DNA of 64,000 nt from Deltaproteobacteria bacterium (GTDB lineage: Bacteria > Myxococcota > Kuafuiibacteriia > Kuafuiibacteriales > Kuafuiibacteriaceae), in assembly GCA_040218735.1 (NCBI GenBank), contig JAVJQW010000058.1:64001-128000 (forward strand). Direction: 5' to 3'. Below the pieces are notes generated by a model. That model did no database searches, was not told the DNA's origin, and saw only the letters and a program-made list of their open reading frames with translations. Shown one piece after another: positions 9,937 through 19,146 of this stretch. The stretch's first letter is position 1. Each line of letters begins with the position of its first letter. The translations under genes and the position numbers were made by a program.

Positions 9937-11063
9937 CACGCGGCCAGGATGCTCCCGTGGTCGGTGTGCACGACGATGACGCTGGACACCTGTCCCTCGC
10001 GGGTGCGGCGACCGTAGTCGAGCTCGGCCTGCATCACGTCGGACGTGCGCTCGCGACCGTACGGGATGACGCGGAGCATCCCCTCTTCGTCCGCACGCCA
10101 GAGGCGATCGCGGTTCGCGAGGATGTTCCACGACGTCGGGTTCGCCTCGGAGACGGTGCCGGTCCCGTTGTCCGCGGTGTCGCCCGTGGTGAGCGCGACC
10201 GTCAACGTGGTCGTCGACGGGACGGTCAGCACCGGAGAGGACGCGAGCGGAGCGGTCAGGCCCGGCGCGACGATGTTCTGCCCCACGACGAAGCCGTGCG
10301 CCTCGGCGAAGGTCAGCGTCAGGATGTTCGTCGCCACCGAGCTCGCGGTGCACGCGAGGCTCCGGTTGCTCGGGACGGACTGCGACTCGAACGCCGGGAT
10401 GCCGTCGATGGACCCGACCATCCGAAGGCCGAGCTCGGCCATCGGCTTATCCATCTTCTCGAACTCCGGGAGCGTCTTGATCGTGCCGGCGCCCCACGAG
10501 TCGAGCATCCAGACCAGGTCGTTCTTGTCGACGCCATCGACGTCCGTCATGCGTGCGATCGCGGACCGCACCATGTTGAGCGTCAGCGCGGCGCCGTTCA
10601 CGTTCTCGTGCGTGACGACCGCGGCCGCATCGGCGGCGCCGACGATCTGGGCGCCCACGAACGCCAGGTAGTTCGCGTCGCGCGAGTCCTGGTCATTGCG
10701 CAGGCTCGCCTGCACCTTCTTCGCGACGCGCTGGACATACTGCCCTCGGCCCGCGCCCTGGAAGTGCTTCTTCCACCGGCGCAGCTCACCGGAGAACCCG
10801 CGAGCCTGGTCCTTGCGGAGCGTGGTCGCGATGTCGTCGATGTCCTGGACGGTGAGGTTGTTGTGGGAGCGCGCGGCGACCGAGGTGTCGACGGCGTCCT
10901 GGATCGTGATGTTGGAGAACTCGCCGATGTCCATCGACTCGCTTCCGCGCATCATCTCCGTGAGGTCCTGCCAGAGCATCGACAGGTAGAACGACCGCGA
11001 GTCGAGATCGATCATCTCGTCGCGCACGTCGTGGGTGAAGTTGTTGAGTACGGTCGTGCTCAC
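9936..11063 (-). CDS. Major capsid protein with inserted beta-rich domain, 375 aa
   Basis: Follows scaffold gene with RBS GGAG; HK97-fold-like motif 'VGSIDGIPAFES'; C-terminal 'SDVMQAELDYG'. Confidence 0.75.
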   Translation of the reverse strand: MSTTVLNNFTHDVRDEMIDLDSRSFYLSMLWQDLTEMMRGSESMDIGEFSNITIQDAVDTSVAARSHNNLTVQDIDDIATTLRKDQARGFSGELRRWKKHFQGAGRGQYVQRVAKKVQASLRNDQDSRDANYLAFVGAQIVGAADAAAVVTHENVNGAALTLNMVRSAIARMTDVDGVDKNDLVWMLDSWGAGTIKTLPEFEKMDKPMAELGLRMVGSIDGIPAFESQSVPSNRSLACTASSVATNILTLTFAEAHGFVVGQNIVAPGLTAPLASSPVLTVPSTTTLTVALTTGDTADNGTGTVSEANPTSWNILANRDRLWRADEEGMLRVIPYGRERTSDVMQAELDYGRRTREGQVSSVIVVHTDHGSILAA

Positions 11064-11078
11064 CGCGGTCTCCGTTCG

Positions 11079-11753
11079 TTACTGCGCAGCGCCAGCCTGA
11101 ACATCGGCGGCGGCCGGCGGGTCCTCGTCGCGCTCCCACGTCCGCCTCGGAGCACCCTTCAGCTTGAAGGGGTCGAAGGACCGGTGGGACCGCTTGTAGT
11201 CCATGGCCGCGTTCGGATCGTTCTTCTTGAACGACTGCCAATCGTCGTAGCTGTCGAATCGCTGTGCGGTCGGGGGGGACTGCGTCGCCGCGTCACCGTT
11301 CTTGGGGCTCGCGCCCGTTCCGCCGTCCGTCGCCGGGGGCGTGCTGATTGAGCCAAGACCTTCCGCGAGCGCCAACGCTGCCGCGACGCCGTGTTCGGCC
11401 TTGATCGACTCGACGCGCTCGCGCGCCTTCTCGTCGAGACCCTTCATGGCCGCGTCGAGCTTCAGTTCGGCTCGCACCGAAGCGGTGATGCTCTCCACGT
11501 CCAGATCACCCTTAGACGCCTTCGGATCCGTCGCCGGCTCCTTGTCGTCCTTCTTGCTCTTCGACCCCTCGAGCGCCGCAAAGCGCTCCTGGGTCTTTTT
11601 CGACAGCCCCTCGAAGCGTTCGTCGACCTTCTTCGAGAACTCGTCGAACTGCGACTTCACCGCCTCCGCCACCAAAGCCGCGATGTCCGTGCCGTCACCG
11701 GGTTTCGGTTCGGGCGTCGGCGAGGGCGTCTTCGGGATGAGGGGCTCGGCCAT
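11079..11753 (-). CDS. Capsid scaffolding protein, 224 aa
   Basis: Between portal and capsid; coiled-coil, charged, Pro-rich N-terminus. Confidence 0.7.
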   Translation of the reverse strand: MAEPLIPKTPSPTPEPKPGDGTDIAALVAEAVKSQFDEFSKKVDERFEGLSKKTQERFAALEGSKSKKDDKEPATDPKASKGDLDVESITASVRAELKLDAAMKGLDEKARERVESIKAEHGVAAALALAEGLGSISTPPATDGGTGASPKNGDAATQSPPTAQRFDSYDDWQSFKKNDPNAAMDYKRSHRSFDPFKLKGAPRRTWERDEDPPAAADVQAGAAQ

Positions 11754-11802
11754 CGACGGCGAGCGTGCGGGGCCCCGGGGTCATTTCGCCCCCGGTGAGG
11801 CG

Positions 11803-13290
11803 CTACGCGCTCTGTGCGGCGCGGATGTTCTGCACGACGCTCGTCGACGGGTCCGGGTTCGGATCCTCGGGGTCGGCCGGTCGCTTCCCGTCCACGGGCG
11901 GGGGCTCGTCGACCTTCTCGCCATCGTCGTTGCCTGCGACGCGGTACTTCTCGTTGTCGTCCTGGACCCGCACGAACCGGTCGATCGCCTGCTGGCGGTT
12001 GCATCCGCGTTCCGCCTGGATCAGGTCGATCCGGCTCGCGACGCCGAGGGCGATCCGCTTCGCGAAGCTGTCGAGGAGCTCGGCGTCGTCCATCGGCAGG
12101 TTCGGGTCCGCGATCTCGACCTCGAGCTCCAGGTCCGTCGGGAGCGTCTTCTCGCCCCAGCTCTTCGCGAACTCGTTGTGGACCGCGACGTACTTCTCCC
12201 ACCCGAGCCGCTCGTCGTTGCGCGCGAGCGGGAGCTGCTCCTCGCGGCGGGCCATGAGGGGGCCCTCCTGGACCTTCAGGGCGGCGCCGGTGACGACCTG
12301 CCGGCCGCGCATGAACTCCTCCACCGGGATGTCCTCGGTCGACACGAAGATCTTCACGAGCTCGGTGAGGACCTCGCGACACTCGTCGATCTTCGGCGTG
12401 CGCTGGACCGAGTCCACCTCGACGTCCTTCGGAAGAACCGGGCGCACGCGGTGCCCCGTCTCGTCGGGCACGCCGGCGGTGTTGTCCGTCCGATAGAACG
12501 TCTCGTCGTGCGCCTGGTTCACGATCAGCGACCACAGGTCGTTCACGATCGCGTTGAAGGCCATGATGAACGCAGTACGCGACGACCGCGGCGGGAGCCA
12601 CGCGCGCCCAGCGGGGTACTGGTCGTAGATCATCTGGACCGGGAGCGTTGAGCCGTAGGGGCTCTTGCCTCCCTCGAACGGCGAGGCCTGCTCCGCGTCC
12701 TCCTTGTTGACGCGCCGGACGGTGTACAGCCCGCTGTCGGCGCGTTCCCAGATCTCGTACGTCGGGTCGCTCCGAGGCCCCATGCGGAGCCCGAAAGCGA
12801 GGTCGCTCTCGATGTGGTCGGGATCCGACGGGTCCGGCGCGCGGATCACGTTGAACGGCTCGAAGTAGCGCAGGACGACGGACTTCGTCGCGTTGCTCGC
12901 GGCGTAGCGAACCGCGACCTGCCGGTGAAGCGAACGGCGCCGATCGATCTCGTGGAGGGCGAGGTCGTAGTTCGACCGGTCCAGCGCGCGGATCATCGCC
13001 TTGTGTTGCTCGGACGCCTCCTTGTAGCGGTCGCCGCCGCCCGGTTTGCGCACCCATCGCGTCGGCGGCTTGTCGTAGACGACGGCGAGGCGGTCGACGA
13101 CGCGACGCACGAGGTTGAACTCGATCGGGAACTCGTTGTCTTTGATGCCGACGCCGAGCGCCTGGAGGAACTCGATCGTCTTCTCGCGCCCCTGGTCGTC
13201 GTACGCGAGCGACTGCCGTCCCCACTCCTCGTCGGCGTTCGGCGGCTTCCACTGCTTGTCGCGGTCCAGGAGCTCGGCCAGCTTCATCAT
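11803..13290 (-). CDS. Portal protein (SPP1-like), 495 aa
   Basis: 'FNLVRRVVDRLAVVYDKPP' and 'TGAALKV' (SG.AL-like) motifs; size and position after terminase. Confidence 0.8.
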   Translation of the reverse strand: MMKLAELLDRDKQWKPPNADEEWGRQSLAYDDQGREKTIEFLQALGVGIKDNEFPIEFNLVRRVVDRLAVVYDKPPTRWVRKPGGGDRYKEASEQHKAMIRALDRSNYDLALHEIDRRRSLHRQVAVRYAASNATKSVVLRYFEPFNVIRAPDPSDPDHIESDLAFGLRMGPRSDPTYEIWERADSGLYTVRRVNKEDAEQASPFEGGKSPYGSTLPVQMIYDQYPAGRAWLPPRSSRTAFIMAFNAIVNDLWSLIVNQAHDETFYRTDNTAGVPDETGHRVRPVLPKDVEVDSVQRTPKIDECREVLTELVKIFVSTEDIPVEEFMRGRQVVTGAALKVQEGPLMARREEQLPLARNDERLGWEKYVAVHNEFAKSWGEKTLPTDLELEVEIADPNLPMDDAELLDSFAKRIALGVASRIDLIQAERGCNRQQAIDRFVRVQDDNEKYRVAGNDDGEKVDEPPPVDGKRPADPEDPNPDPSTSVVQNIRAAQSA

Positions 13291-13763
13291 GCTCGGATCC
13301 TCCGCAGCTCTCCGATGAGTCCGGCGCCGCCGTTCGTCAGTTGCCGATCGATCTCCTTCTGCGCGGCCTCCACGAGCCCGGCGTCGATCTTCTCGTCGAC
13401 GCGCATCGGCTCGATCTTCCGCGTGTGGATCAGCACGGCCATGAGCGCCTGCCTGCGGCCCCGGAGGCTGGCTCCGAGGTCCTCTCGCTTCCCGATCGGG
13501 CGCACGACGGATCGGAAGGGGTCGTAGCGGATGCTGCGGATCAGGTCGCCCGTGCGGTTCAGCGGCCGTCCGCCCTGTTGGGGCGTCGGGAGCGGGGTCC
13601 CGTCGCCGTCCTGGCCCGATCGGATGCGCTTCCGAAGGAGCGTCGCGACGCGGTTGCCCGCGGCCTTCTTGACGCGGTCCCCGTCGATTCTCAGGCGAAG
13701 GTTGAGCGGGACCTTCAGCTCCACGGAGAGCAGGTCATCGGTTCCACCGAACTGCGACGGCAT
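13287..13763 (-). CDS. Putative virion morphogenesis protein, ~158 aa
   Basis: 'RIRSGQDGDGTPL...PLNRTGDLIRSI' resembles Mu gpG/virion morphogenesis family; RBS GGGAG before ATG 13763. Confidence 0.6.
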   Translation of the reverse strand: MPSQFGGTDDLLSVELKVPLNLRLRIDGDRVKKAAGNRVATLLRKRIRSGQDGDGTPLPTPQQGGRPLNRTGDLIRSIRYDPFRSVVRPIGKREDLGASLRGRRQALMAVLIHTRKIEPMRVDEKIDAGLVEAAQKEIDRQLTNGGAGLIGELRRIRA

Positions 13764-13886
13764 CAGCAGGCTCCCAAGCGCGAACCGCGGCGCGACGCCC
13801 GCGTCGATGCCCCTCCCCGCTGACGACACGCCGCGATTCGCATGGGGGCGAGCGTGGGCCGACGCCGGGTCGGAATCGCTGCGGTG

Positions 13887-15332
13887 TCACCGATGCCGGA
13901 TGACGCGGGCCTCCGCGCGCTCGAGCGGGAGCTGCTCGGCGACGACGTACCGGAAGGCGTCGCAGGCGTGGTCGCGGAGGTTGTCCTTGATCGGCTTCCC
14001 CGTGGCCTCGTTCCGCCGGTAGCGCTGGACCGCGTCGATCACGCCGTATTGGGCGTGGTCGCGGAGCGGCGCGCCGCACTTCGGGCACCGATCCGGACGC
14101 GCGCGGTTGTCCCACGATCCCCACTCGCACTTCGAGCACGCCGGGTACGTTCCGGTGAGGCCGCGCCAGAAGAGGATCCGCGCGTTGCCCCACGAGTCGA
14201 GCAGCGCCGCCTGCACGAACCGAATCCCGGTCTCGACCGCGTACGTCTCGTCGCCGCGCTCCTTCCGCACGATCCGCACGCCGGGGAAGTGCTTGTAGAG
14301 CGCGCGCCGCTCGTCGCGGTCGGTGTTCGGGTCGACGTGGATCGTCGACACGCCCGGCTCGATCCGCCAGTGCCCCCGCTCAGCCTTGATCCGCATGCAG
14401 ATCTCGTCGACGGACAGGTTCGTCGCGGCCATCTCGTCGACGAACAGGAGGCCCTTCTGCGTGCCGTGGGCGCGGCCGGCGATCGACCTCGCCGGCATCG
14501 GCATCGGCTGAGCGAAGACGACGTGGGCCCCGTTGCCGACGTCCATGCCGACATCGACGGCGACGTGCGGCTTGCCGCGCATCTCCGTCAGGTGGATCGC
14601 CGCGTTGTACTGCGAGTAGATCGCGCCCGGCGGCGACATCCACCGCCCCTCGAGCAGGCTCCCCTCGTACCCACTTGGGCACGCGCCGCGGAACCGCTCC
14701 ATCAGCTCCGCGGGGATGTGGACGTTGTCGGCCGTCGCCGCGAGGACCGTGTGGTAGGCGGGATCGTCGGGCCGGTCGAACGTGTCCCGGACCCAACCCG
14801 ACTCAGGCAGGCCCGAGGCGATCATCGCGCGCCGCTTCGAGTGCGGATCGCGCAGGCGCGCCATGTAGTTCAGGTAGCGTCGCGGGTCCGAGCTGAACGC
14901 CGGGTGCTGAACCTCGTCGATCCAGCACGCGAAGGCGCTGATGCCCTCCATCTCGGCTTCGCCGGACGTGAAGAGGATTCGAACGCCGTTGACGAGGATC
15001 CACTCGTAGTGGGGCGCCGCCCGCTTCTTGAGGATCGCCTCCCGCGGGATGACGCCCTCGAGCGTCGCCATCGTGGCCTGCTTGAGGACGCGCAGCGTCG
15101 GCGCGGCGACGATCGCGGTCGGGTTCCCGTCGCCGTACGCCTCGGTCCACGGGTTCTCGCAGCACAGCTTGAAGAAGCGCCGCGCGGCGCCCTCGGTCTT
15201 GCCTGCGCCCCAGCCGCCGCCGAGGAACTCGACGGTCTGCTGGATCCGCGCGGGGTCGTCCGGCTCCCAGCTGAAGAAGTCCCACTGGTGCGGGAGGAAC
15301 TCCGACCAGTCGAGGTACTGCGGCGCGCTCAC
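13887..15332 (-). CDS. terL: Terminase large subunit, ~481 aa
   Basis: Walker A GGGWGAGKT, Walker B ACWIDE, nuclease 'VGMDVG' and C-terminal DHACDAFRY; GTG start overlaps upstream stop. Confidence 0.92.
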   Translation of the reverse strand: MSAPQYLDWSEFLPHQWDFFSWEPDDPARIQQTVEFLGGGWGAGKTEGAARRFFKLCCENPWTEAYGDGNPTAIVAAPTLRVLKQATMATLEGVIPREAILKKRAAPHYEWILVNGVRILFTSGEAEMEGISAFACWIDEVQHPAFSSDPRRYLNYMARLRDPHSKRRAMIASGLPESGWVRDTFDRPDDPAYHTVLAATADNVHIPAELMERFRGACPSGYEGSLLEGRWMSPPGAIYSQYNAAIHLTEMRGKPHVAVDVGMDVGNGAHVVFAQPMPMPARSIAGRAHGTQKGLLFVDEMAATNLSVDEICMRIKAERGHWRIEPGVSTIHVDPNTDRDERRALYKHFPGVRIVRKERGDETYAVETGIRFVQAALLDSWGNARILFWRGLTGTYPACSKCEWGSWDNRARPDRCPKCGAPLRDHAQYGVIDAVQRYRRNEATGKPIKDNLRDHACDAFRYVVAEQLPLERAEARVIRHR

Positions 15333-15898
15333 TTCTTCGGCTCGCTGACGCCGGGCACGACGAGGTTGAGCTCGGTGTACGCGGGTCGCGCGCTCCCGCC
15401 TTGGAGCAGCTCGAGCGTCTGGGCGAGCGCCTTCGACAACGTGCCGAACTGTGACGGCGGCGCGGAGCTGAGGCCCGTGAGCGCGCGGATCACCATGGCG
15501 CCGATCGCGACGAAGCCGAGCTCGCCGATCGCCGCGGGCTTGCGCTGCAGGAGTGCCTTCTCCTTCCGAGCGAGGCGCGTGACGCGCTTCAGCCACTCGG
15601 GGTCCTTCGCGAACTCCGACAGGCCCATGACGGCCGCCGCGACCTCCGGCTTCTTCTCGATCGTCAGGCCCAGCGCGAGGAGCTTCGGCGCCGCCGCTTC
15701 GATGGCAGCGCGCGTGACCTCGTCGTCAGCGCCGTAGGACGCGCGGACCTCGGCGGCAGCGTCGGGGTCACTCTTCTCGAGGCGGTTGAGGTCGCGCTGG
15801 CGATGCTTCGTGGGGCGGCATCGGATGCACCAGCGCGGACGGCCGCCCTTCACGGGTTCGACCGCGCCGCATCCCTCGCAGGTGAATGTCTTCGCCAC
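15329..15898 (-). CDS. Putative terminase small subunit with N-terminal Zn finger, 189 aa
   Basis: Directly upstream of and coupled to terL; CEGC...CIRC; helical C-terminal half. Confidence 0.55.
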   Translation of the reverse strand: MAKTFTCEGCGAVEPVKGGRPRWCIRCRPTKHRQRDLNRLEKSDPDAAAEVRASYGADDEVTRAAIEAAAPKLLALGLTIEKKPEVAAAVMGLSEFAKDPEWLKRVTRLARKEKALLQRKPAAIGELGFVAIGAMVIRALTGLSSAPPSQFGTLSKALAQTLELLQGGSARPAYTELNLVVPGVSEPKK

Positions 15899-16319
15899 GC
15901 CCGCCGGGCACCCGGCTACGATCCCGCCGGGGGCGCGACGAGCTCGCGCTCGCAGCGGTCACCGGGGGGTCGGCCGCGGTCGAGGCCCTCGCGGGCGCCG
16001 CCGTCCTCCCTGTCCATGCTCCGAGCGTCGGATCGTCAGGGGGCGGTAGGGGTTGGGTGGGAGTGGGGGGCCCGGGCAAAAAGGACAGGTAGGAGCGCCT
16101 GTCGGGGTCCCCCTTAAAACCAAAGAGCCTCCAGGGTCAGGAGCCGAACCGACGGCAGTTGTGGAAGGAGTCCACGACCCGATAGCCAAGCCCCGGAAAC
16201 CAGGCGACCCACAAACCAGGCGCGATCGTCGAAACCAGGGACCCAAACGACCATTGAATGTGATGAATCCTGTCGCCCTCCCGGTCGCGGTCTTCGAAGT
16301 CGCTCATACCTTTCGAGGC
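15899..16319. promoter_or_regulatory. Non-coding region upstream of packaging genes (candidate late promoter / packaging site)
   Basis: Largest gap in prophage, lower GC, AAACCAGG x3 (16197, 16213, 16232), G-run cluster 16039-16076. Confidence 0.45.
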
Positions 16320-16685
16320 TCACGACTTGAGCAGCACCGCCACGAGCAGCGCAGCAGCGAGCGCGAGGAGTACGCCCGTTGCCGTTCGATCCTGCCGCAT
16401 GAGCTGCAAGCGCGCCTCGTGGATGCGCAGGTCGGCCGCTGACCGCGCTGACCGATAAGCCTCGGCGATGCCTCGCTCTGTTCCGGTCAGCGTGGCGAGC
16501 GCGCGGCGATCTCCAACCCACCACGCGTACTCGGCGGCTGAGGTGCCGGACGGCAGGAAGGCGACACGCTTCGGCTGCATCGTGCTCATGTACCCACCAC
16601 ACAGCGGACAGCGGCCTGACCTGTACTCATCGTCGGCGCGCGGCTCGAGGTAGCAGCACGCATCGCAGAAGGCATGACGGCTCAC
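16320..16685 (-). CDS. Zn-ribbon protein with C-terminal transmembrane helix, 121 aa
   Basis: CDAC...CPLC; ends VLLALAAALLVAVLLKS; GTG start overlaps upstream stop. Confidence 0.6.
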   Translation of the reverse strand: MSRHAFCDACCYLEPRADDEYRSGRCPLCGGYMSTMQPKRVAFLPSGTSAAEYAWWVGDRRALATLTGTERGIAEAYRSARSAADLRIHEARLQLMRQDRTATGVLLALAAALLVAVLLKS

Positions 16686-17347
16686 GCGCGCACCCTCAGG
16701 GGCAGCGGGAGCTGCTCCCCACCCCTCACACGTTTCGCGCGGGGCCTCCGAGCCGCGCTACGTGCGAGTCGGGTGAGGACTCGCGCCACTTCGCGATCGG
16801 TCTGCCGGTCGGCCATCTGCTGCAGCGCGCGGCTCGCGAACTGGCGTGCGGTGCGCTCGGGCGACTCCACGTGCGCTGCGACTGTGGCCTCCCACGTCTC
16901 CCCGCGCAGCAACCAGTCCAAGCTGACGTTGCAGAGCACGCCGAGGCGCCGCGTGTACGCGAGGTGCGGATGGGCCCGATCGTTCACCCAAGCGCGCCCC
17001 GAGTGCTTCCTGACGTCCAGCACGCGCCAGCACGCCGACAGTGAGTCGTAGCGGTCGAGGATGACGTGTCGAAGCCGCAGGCCGAACGTCGGTCCGTTGA
17101 ACGCGCGCGCGGGGCGTTCGGTGCCGGTGATCAGCCAATCGATGCTGACGCCGAGCCCCCTCGAGAGCGTGTCCACGAGATCGAGTCGCGAGGGGACGCT
17201 CCGGCCGCAGGCCCACGTCCACAGCGTCTCGCGCTTCAGGCCGAGCGCCTCCGCGCACGCCGTCGTGCTCGGGTACGAGCGTCCGATCGCCTGTTTCAGG
17301 CGCCGGGTGAAGCCGGGGATCGGCTCGTTGCGTCGTTCGAGCGGCAT
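16682..17347 (-). CDS. XRE-family regulator with two tandem HTH domains, ~221 aa
   Basis: Two repeats ending 'LGVSIDWLITG' and 'CNVSLDWLLRG'; RBS GGAG before ATG 17347. Confidence 0.8.
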   Translation of the reverse strand: MPLERRNEPIPGFTRRLKQAIGRSYPSTTACAEALGLKRETLWTWACGRSVPSRLDLVDTLSRGLGVSIDWLITGTERPARAFNGPTFGLRLRHVILDRYDSLSACWRVLDVRKHSGRAWVNDRAHPHLAYTRRLGVLCNVSLDWLLRGETWEATVAAHVESPERTARQFASRALQQMADRQTDREVARVLTRLARSAARRPRAKRVRGGEQLPLPLRVRA

Positions 17348-17360
17348 CGTGATCTCCGAG

Positions 17361-17639
17361 TCAGTCGCCGAGCTCCCAGCGTGCGCCGCGCCCGTGCGCG
17401 TGCGCTTCGCGGCAGACGCGGGTCCGCGTCGAGACGGCACGGGCCGTGCTGTACCGGCGCCCATGACCGACACCACCCTGCAGGACACGGACGCTCCGAT
17501 AGAGCTCCTGATCGACATCGAGGCGCGCTGGCGCCTGTTCGTGGCCGATCGCGTCGTCTGCGCTCTCGCCGAGCTGTGGCTGCTCGCGATGAGCGTCCAG
17601 CCGGACGACGTTCGAGAAGTTCGAAATCCGGACGATCAT
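17361..17639 (-). CDS. Hypothetical phage protein, ~92 aa (uncertain)
   Basis: ATG overlaps upstream stop (ATGA); an alternative plus-strand ORF 17463-17666 also exists. Confidence 0.35.
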   Translation of the reverse strand: MIVRISNFSNVVRLDAHREQPQLGESADDAIGHEQAPARLDVDQELYRSVRVLQGGVGHGRRYSTARAVSTRTRVCREAHAHGRGARWELGD

Positions 17640-17917
17640 GCGGCCTCCAGGTCGAGGGGCTCCTGAGTCCCTCCGGTCCAGTCCCAGCGGCGCTGGGGGG
17701 TGTTGGCGAGGTCCTCGGCGAGGCCGGCGATCATCCGCTGGCGCTCCGCGTGCCCCATGTCGAGCGCGTCGAAGAAGATGCGCTCCGCGTTGTCCGTCGT
17801 GATGCGGCACCCCGTGCGCTCGCCGAGCTGCGTCTCGAGCATCACGATCAGCGCCGACTGCGAGCGGGGATGCTGCAGCCCGGTCGGGATCTTCACCTTG
17901 GCGCGGTCGAGGCTCAT
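17636..17917 (-). CDS. Hypothetical phage protein, 93 aa
   Basis: ATGA coupling with replication gene; RBS GGAGG. Confidence 0.6.
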   Translation of the reverse strand: MSLDRAKVKIPTGLQHPRSQSALIVMLETQLGERTGCRITTDNAERIFFDALDMGHAERQRMIAGLAEDLANTPQRRWDWTGGTQEPLDLEAA

Positions 17918-18933
17918 GCCGCTGCTCCTCCGCGCTCGCGGCGCTCCTTGTAGATGGCCAGGAAGCGACGACGCAGGTGCCCGAGCTCGCGCTCCTTCGT
18001 GTCGCCGACGCTGCGCACGCCGCCGATCGCCTTCAGCGCGTCGTGCAGAACCGGATCGTCGTCGCCGATGGGGATCCGCTTCCGCACGAGCCCCATGACG
18101 CGCTCCCACGCCGCGACGCCCGGGTCGGGGCCGCCGGCGCCGTCGTCGCGATCGTCGTAGGCGCCGGAGCGAAGGCGACCGCACTTCTCGGCGCCGGTGA
18201 GCCAGTCGAGGTTGCACCAGCCCTTCTCGGCGCCCTCGCGCAGGAACCGCGACTCGGCCGCCTTCGTGAGTGTCCCGCGCCACCAGGCGAGCGCGTTGAC
18301 CTCCGCGGGGATCTCGCTGGTCCGTGCGGCGATGCGGGCGCGGAGGTTCGCGCTCACGCGCTGAACCGGCTTGAAGCCCTTCGGGCCGCAGAGATCGTTG
18401 TAGAGCGCGGCGACCTTCGCGGCGTCGGCCCGACTCGACGGGTCCGGCTGATCAGACAAGGAATCCTGATCAGCTAAGGCTTGCGCGGCTTCGTCCGTCC
18501 GTCCGTTCGTACGTCCGTCCGTCCGTCCGTCGCGCGCGCGCGCGGCTGCTTGATCAGCGCTAGCTTGATCGGAACGTGATTTCGAAGACTTGCGAGGCCC
18601 GTCGCTGATCAGAGAAGCGTAGCGCTCCCAGTTGTGGACCTTAGTTGATCGGGATTCTGGGCTTGTCTGATCAGCTACGTGATCAAGAAAGCCGGCCTCC
18701 ACGTACGCCGCGAAGAGCTTCCCGTCCTCGCCGCGCCACCGCATCTCCTCCTCGAGCCCCTCGGGCCCGTAGTCGGTGAGGTCGCCGTCCGAGGGCGCGA
18801 CGTCGCCGGCGAAGGCGAGCAGGTGAGCAGCCCAACCGATCGCCTCCGCTCGGGACACGCCGAGCGCCTCGCGCAGCTTCCGCGTCTTCGCGTGCCGCGG
18901 AAGGCTGGTCTCCAATCGAACCCACCAACCCAC
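17914..18933 (-). CDS. Phage replication initiator (replisome organizer-like), 339 aa
   Basis: N-terminal 'WVRLETSLPRHAKTRKL', 'VHNWERY', central low-complexity linker with iterons, C-terminal 'NLDWL...SGAYD'. Confidence 0.75.
   Translation of the reverse strand: MGWWVRLETSLPRHAKTRKLREALGVSRAEAIGWAAHLLAFAGDVAPSDGDLTDYGPEGLEEEMRWRGEDGKLFAAYVEAGFLDHVADQTSPESRSTKVHNWERYASLISDGPRKSSKSRSDQASADQAAARARDGRTDGRTNGRTDEAAQALADQDSLSDQPDPSSRADAAKVAALYNDLCGPKGFKPVQRVSANLRARIAARTSEIPAEVNALAWWRGTLTKAAESRFLREGAEKGWCNLDWLTGAEKCGRLRSGAYDDRDDGAGGPDPGVAAWERVMGLVRKRIPIGDDDPVLHDALKAIGGVRSVGDTKERELGHLRRRFLAIYKERRERGGAAA
18448..18687. repeat. Iteron cluster, putative phage origin (8 x TGATCR plus a GTCC microsatellite)
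   Basis: TGATCA/G near 18449, 18467, 18551, 18566, 18606, 18646, 18668, 18680; locally lower GC. Confidence 0.65.
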
Positions 18934-18936
18934 GGT

Positions 18937-19146
18937 TCAGCCCTCCTGAGGCTCCTGAGGCGCCACCACGACCGCTACGGGGAGCGGTTCGACCGGAACG
19001 ACGAAGCCCATCGCGCGCGCAACGCCAGAAGCGCGATCGGCGCACGTCTGGCACATCCGCGCGGGGCGCTGCCCGGGCCAAGACACGAGGAACTCGGCCG
19101 GCTCGATGCAGTCCCCCGCGCTGCACGCGATGGGCTTCGGAGGCAT
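18937..19146 (-). CDS. Small Cys-containing phage protein, 69 aa
   Basis: CSAGDC...CQTC; TGATG coupling. Confidence 0.55.
   Translation of the reverse strand: MPPKPIACSAGDCIEPAEFLVSWPGQRPARMCQTCADRASGVARAMGFVVPVEPLPVAVVVAPQEPQEG

Noticed and set aside
17463-17666. Plus-strand 67-aa ORF as a divergent phage repressor
   Set aside because: No HTH motif or clear RBS; overlaps coupled minus-strand ORFs; cannot be fully excluded as a gene
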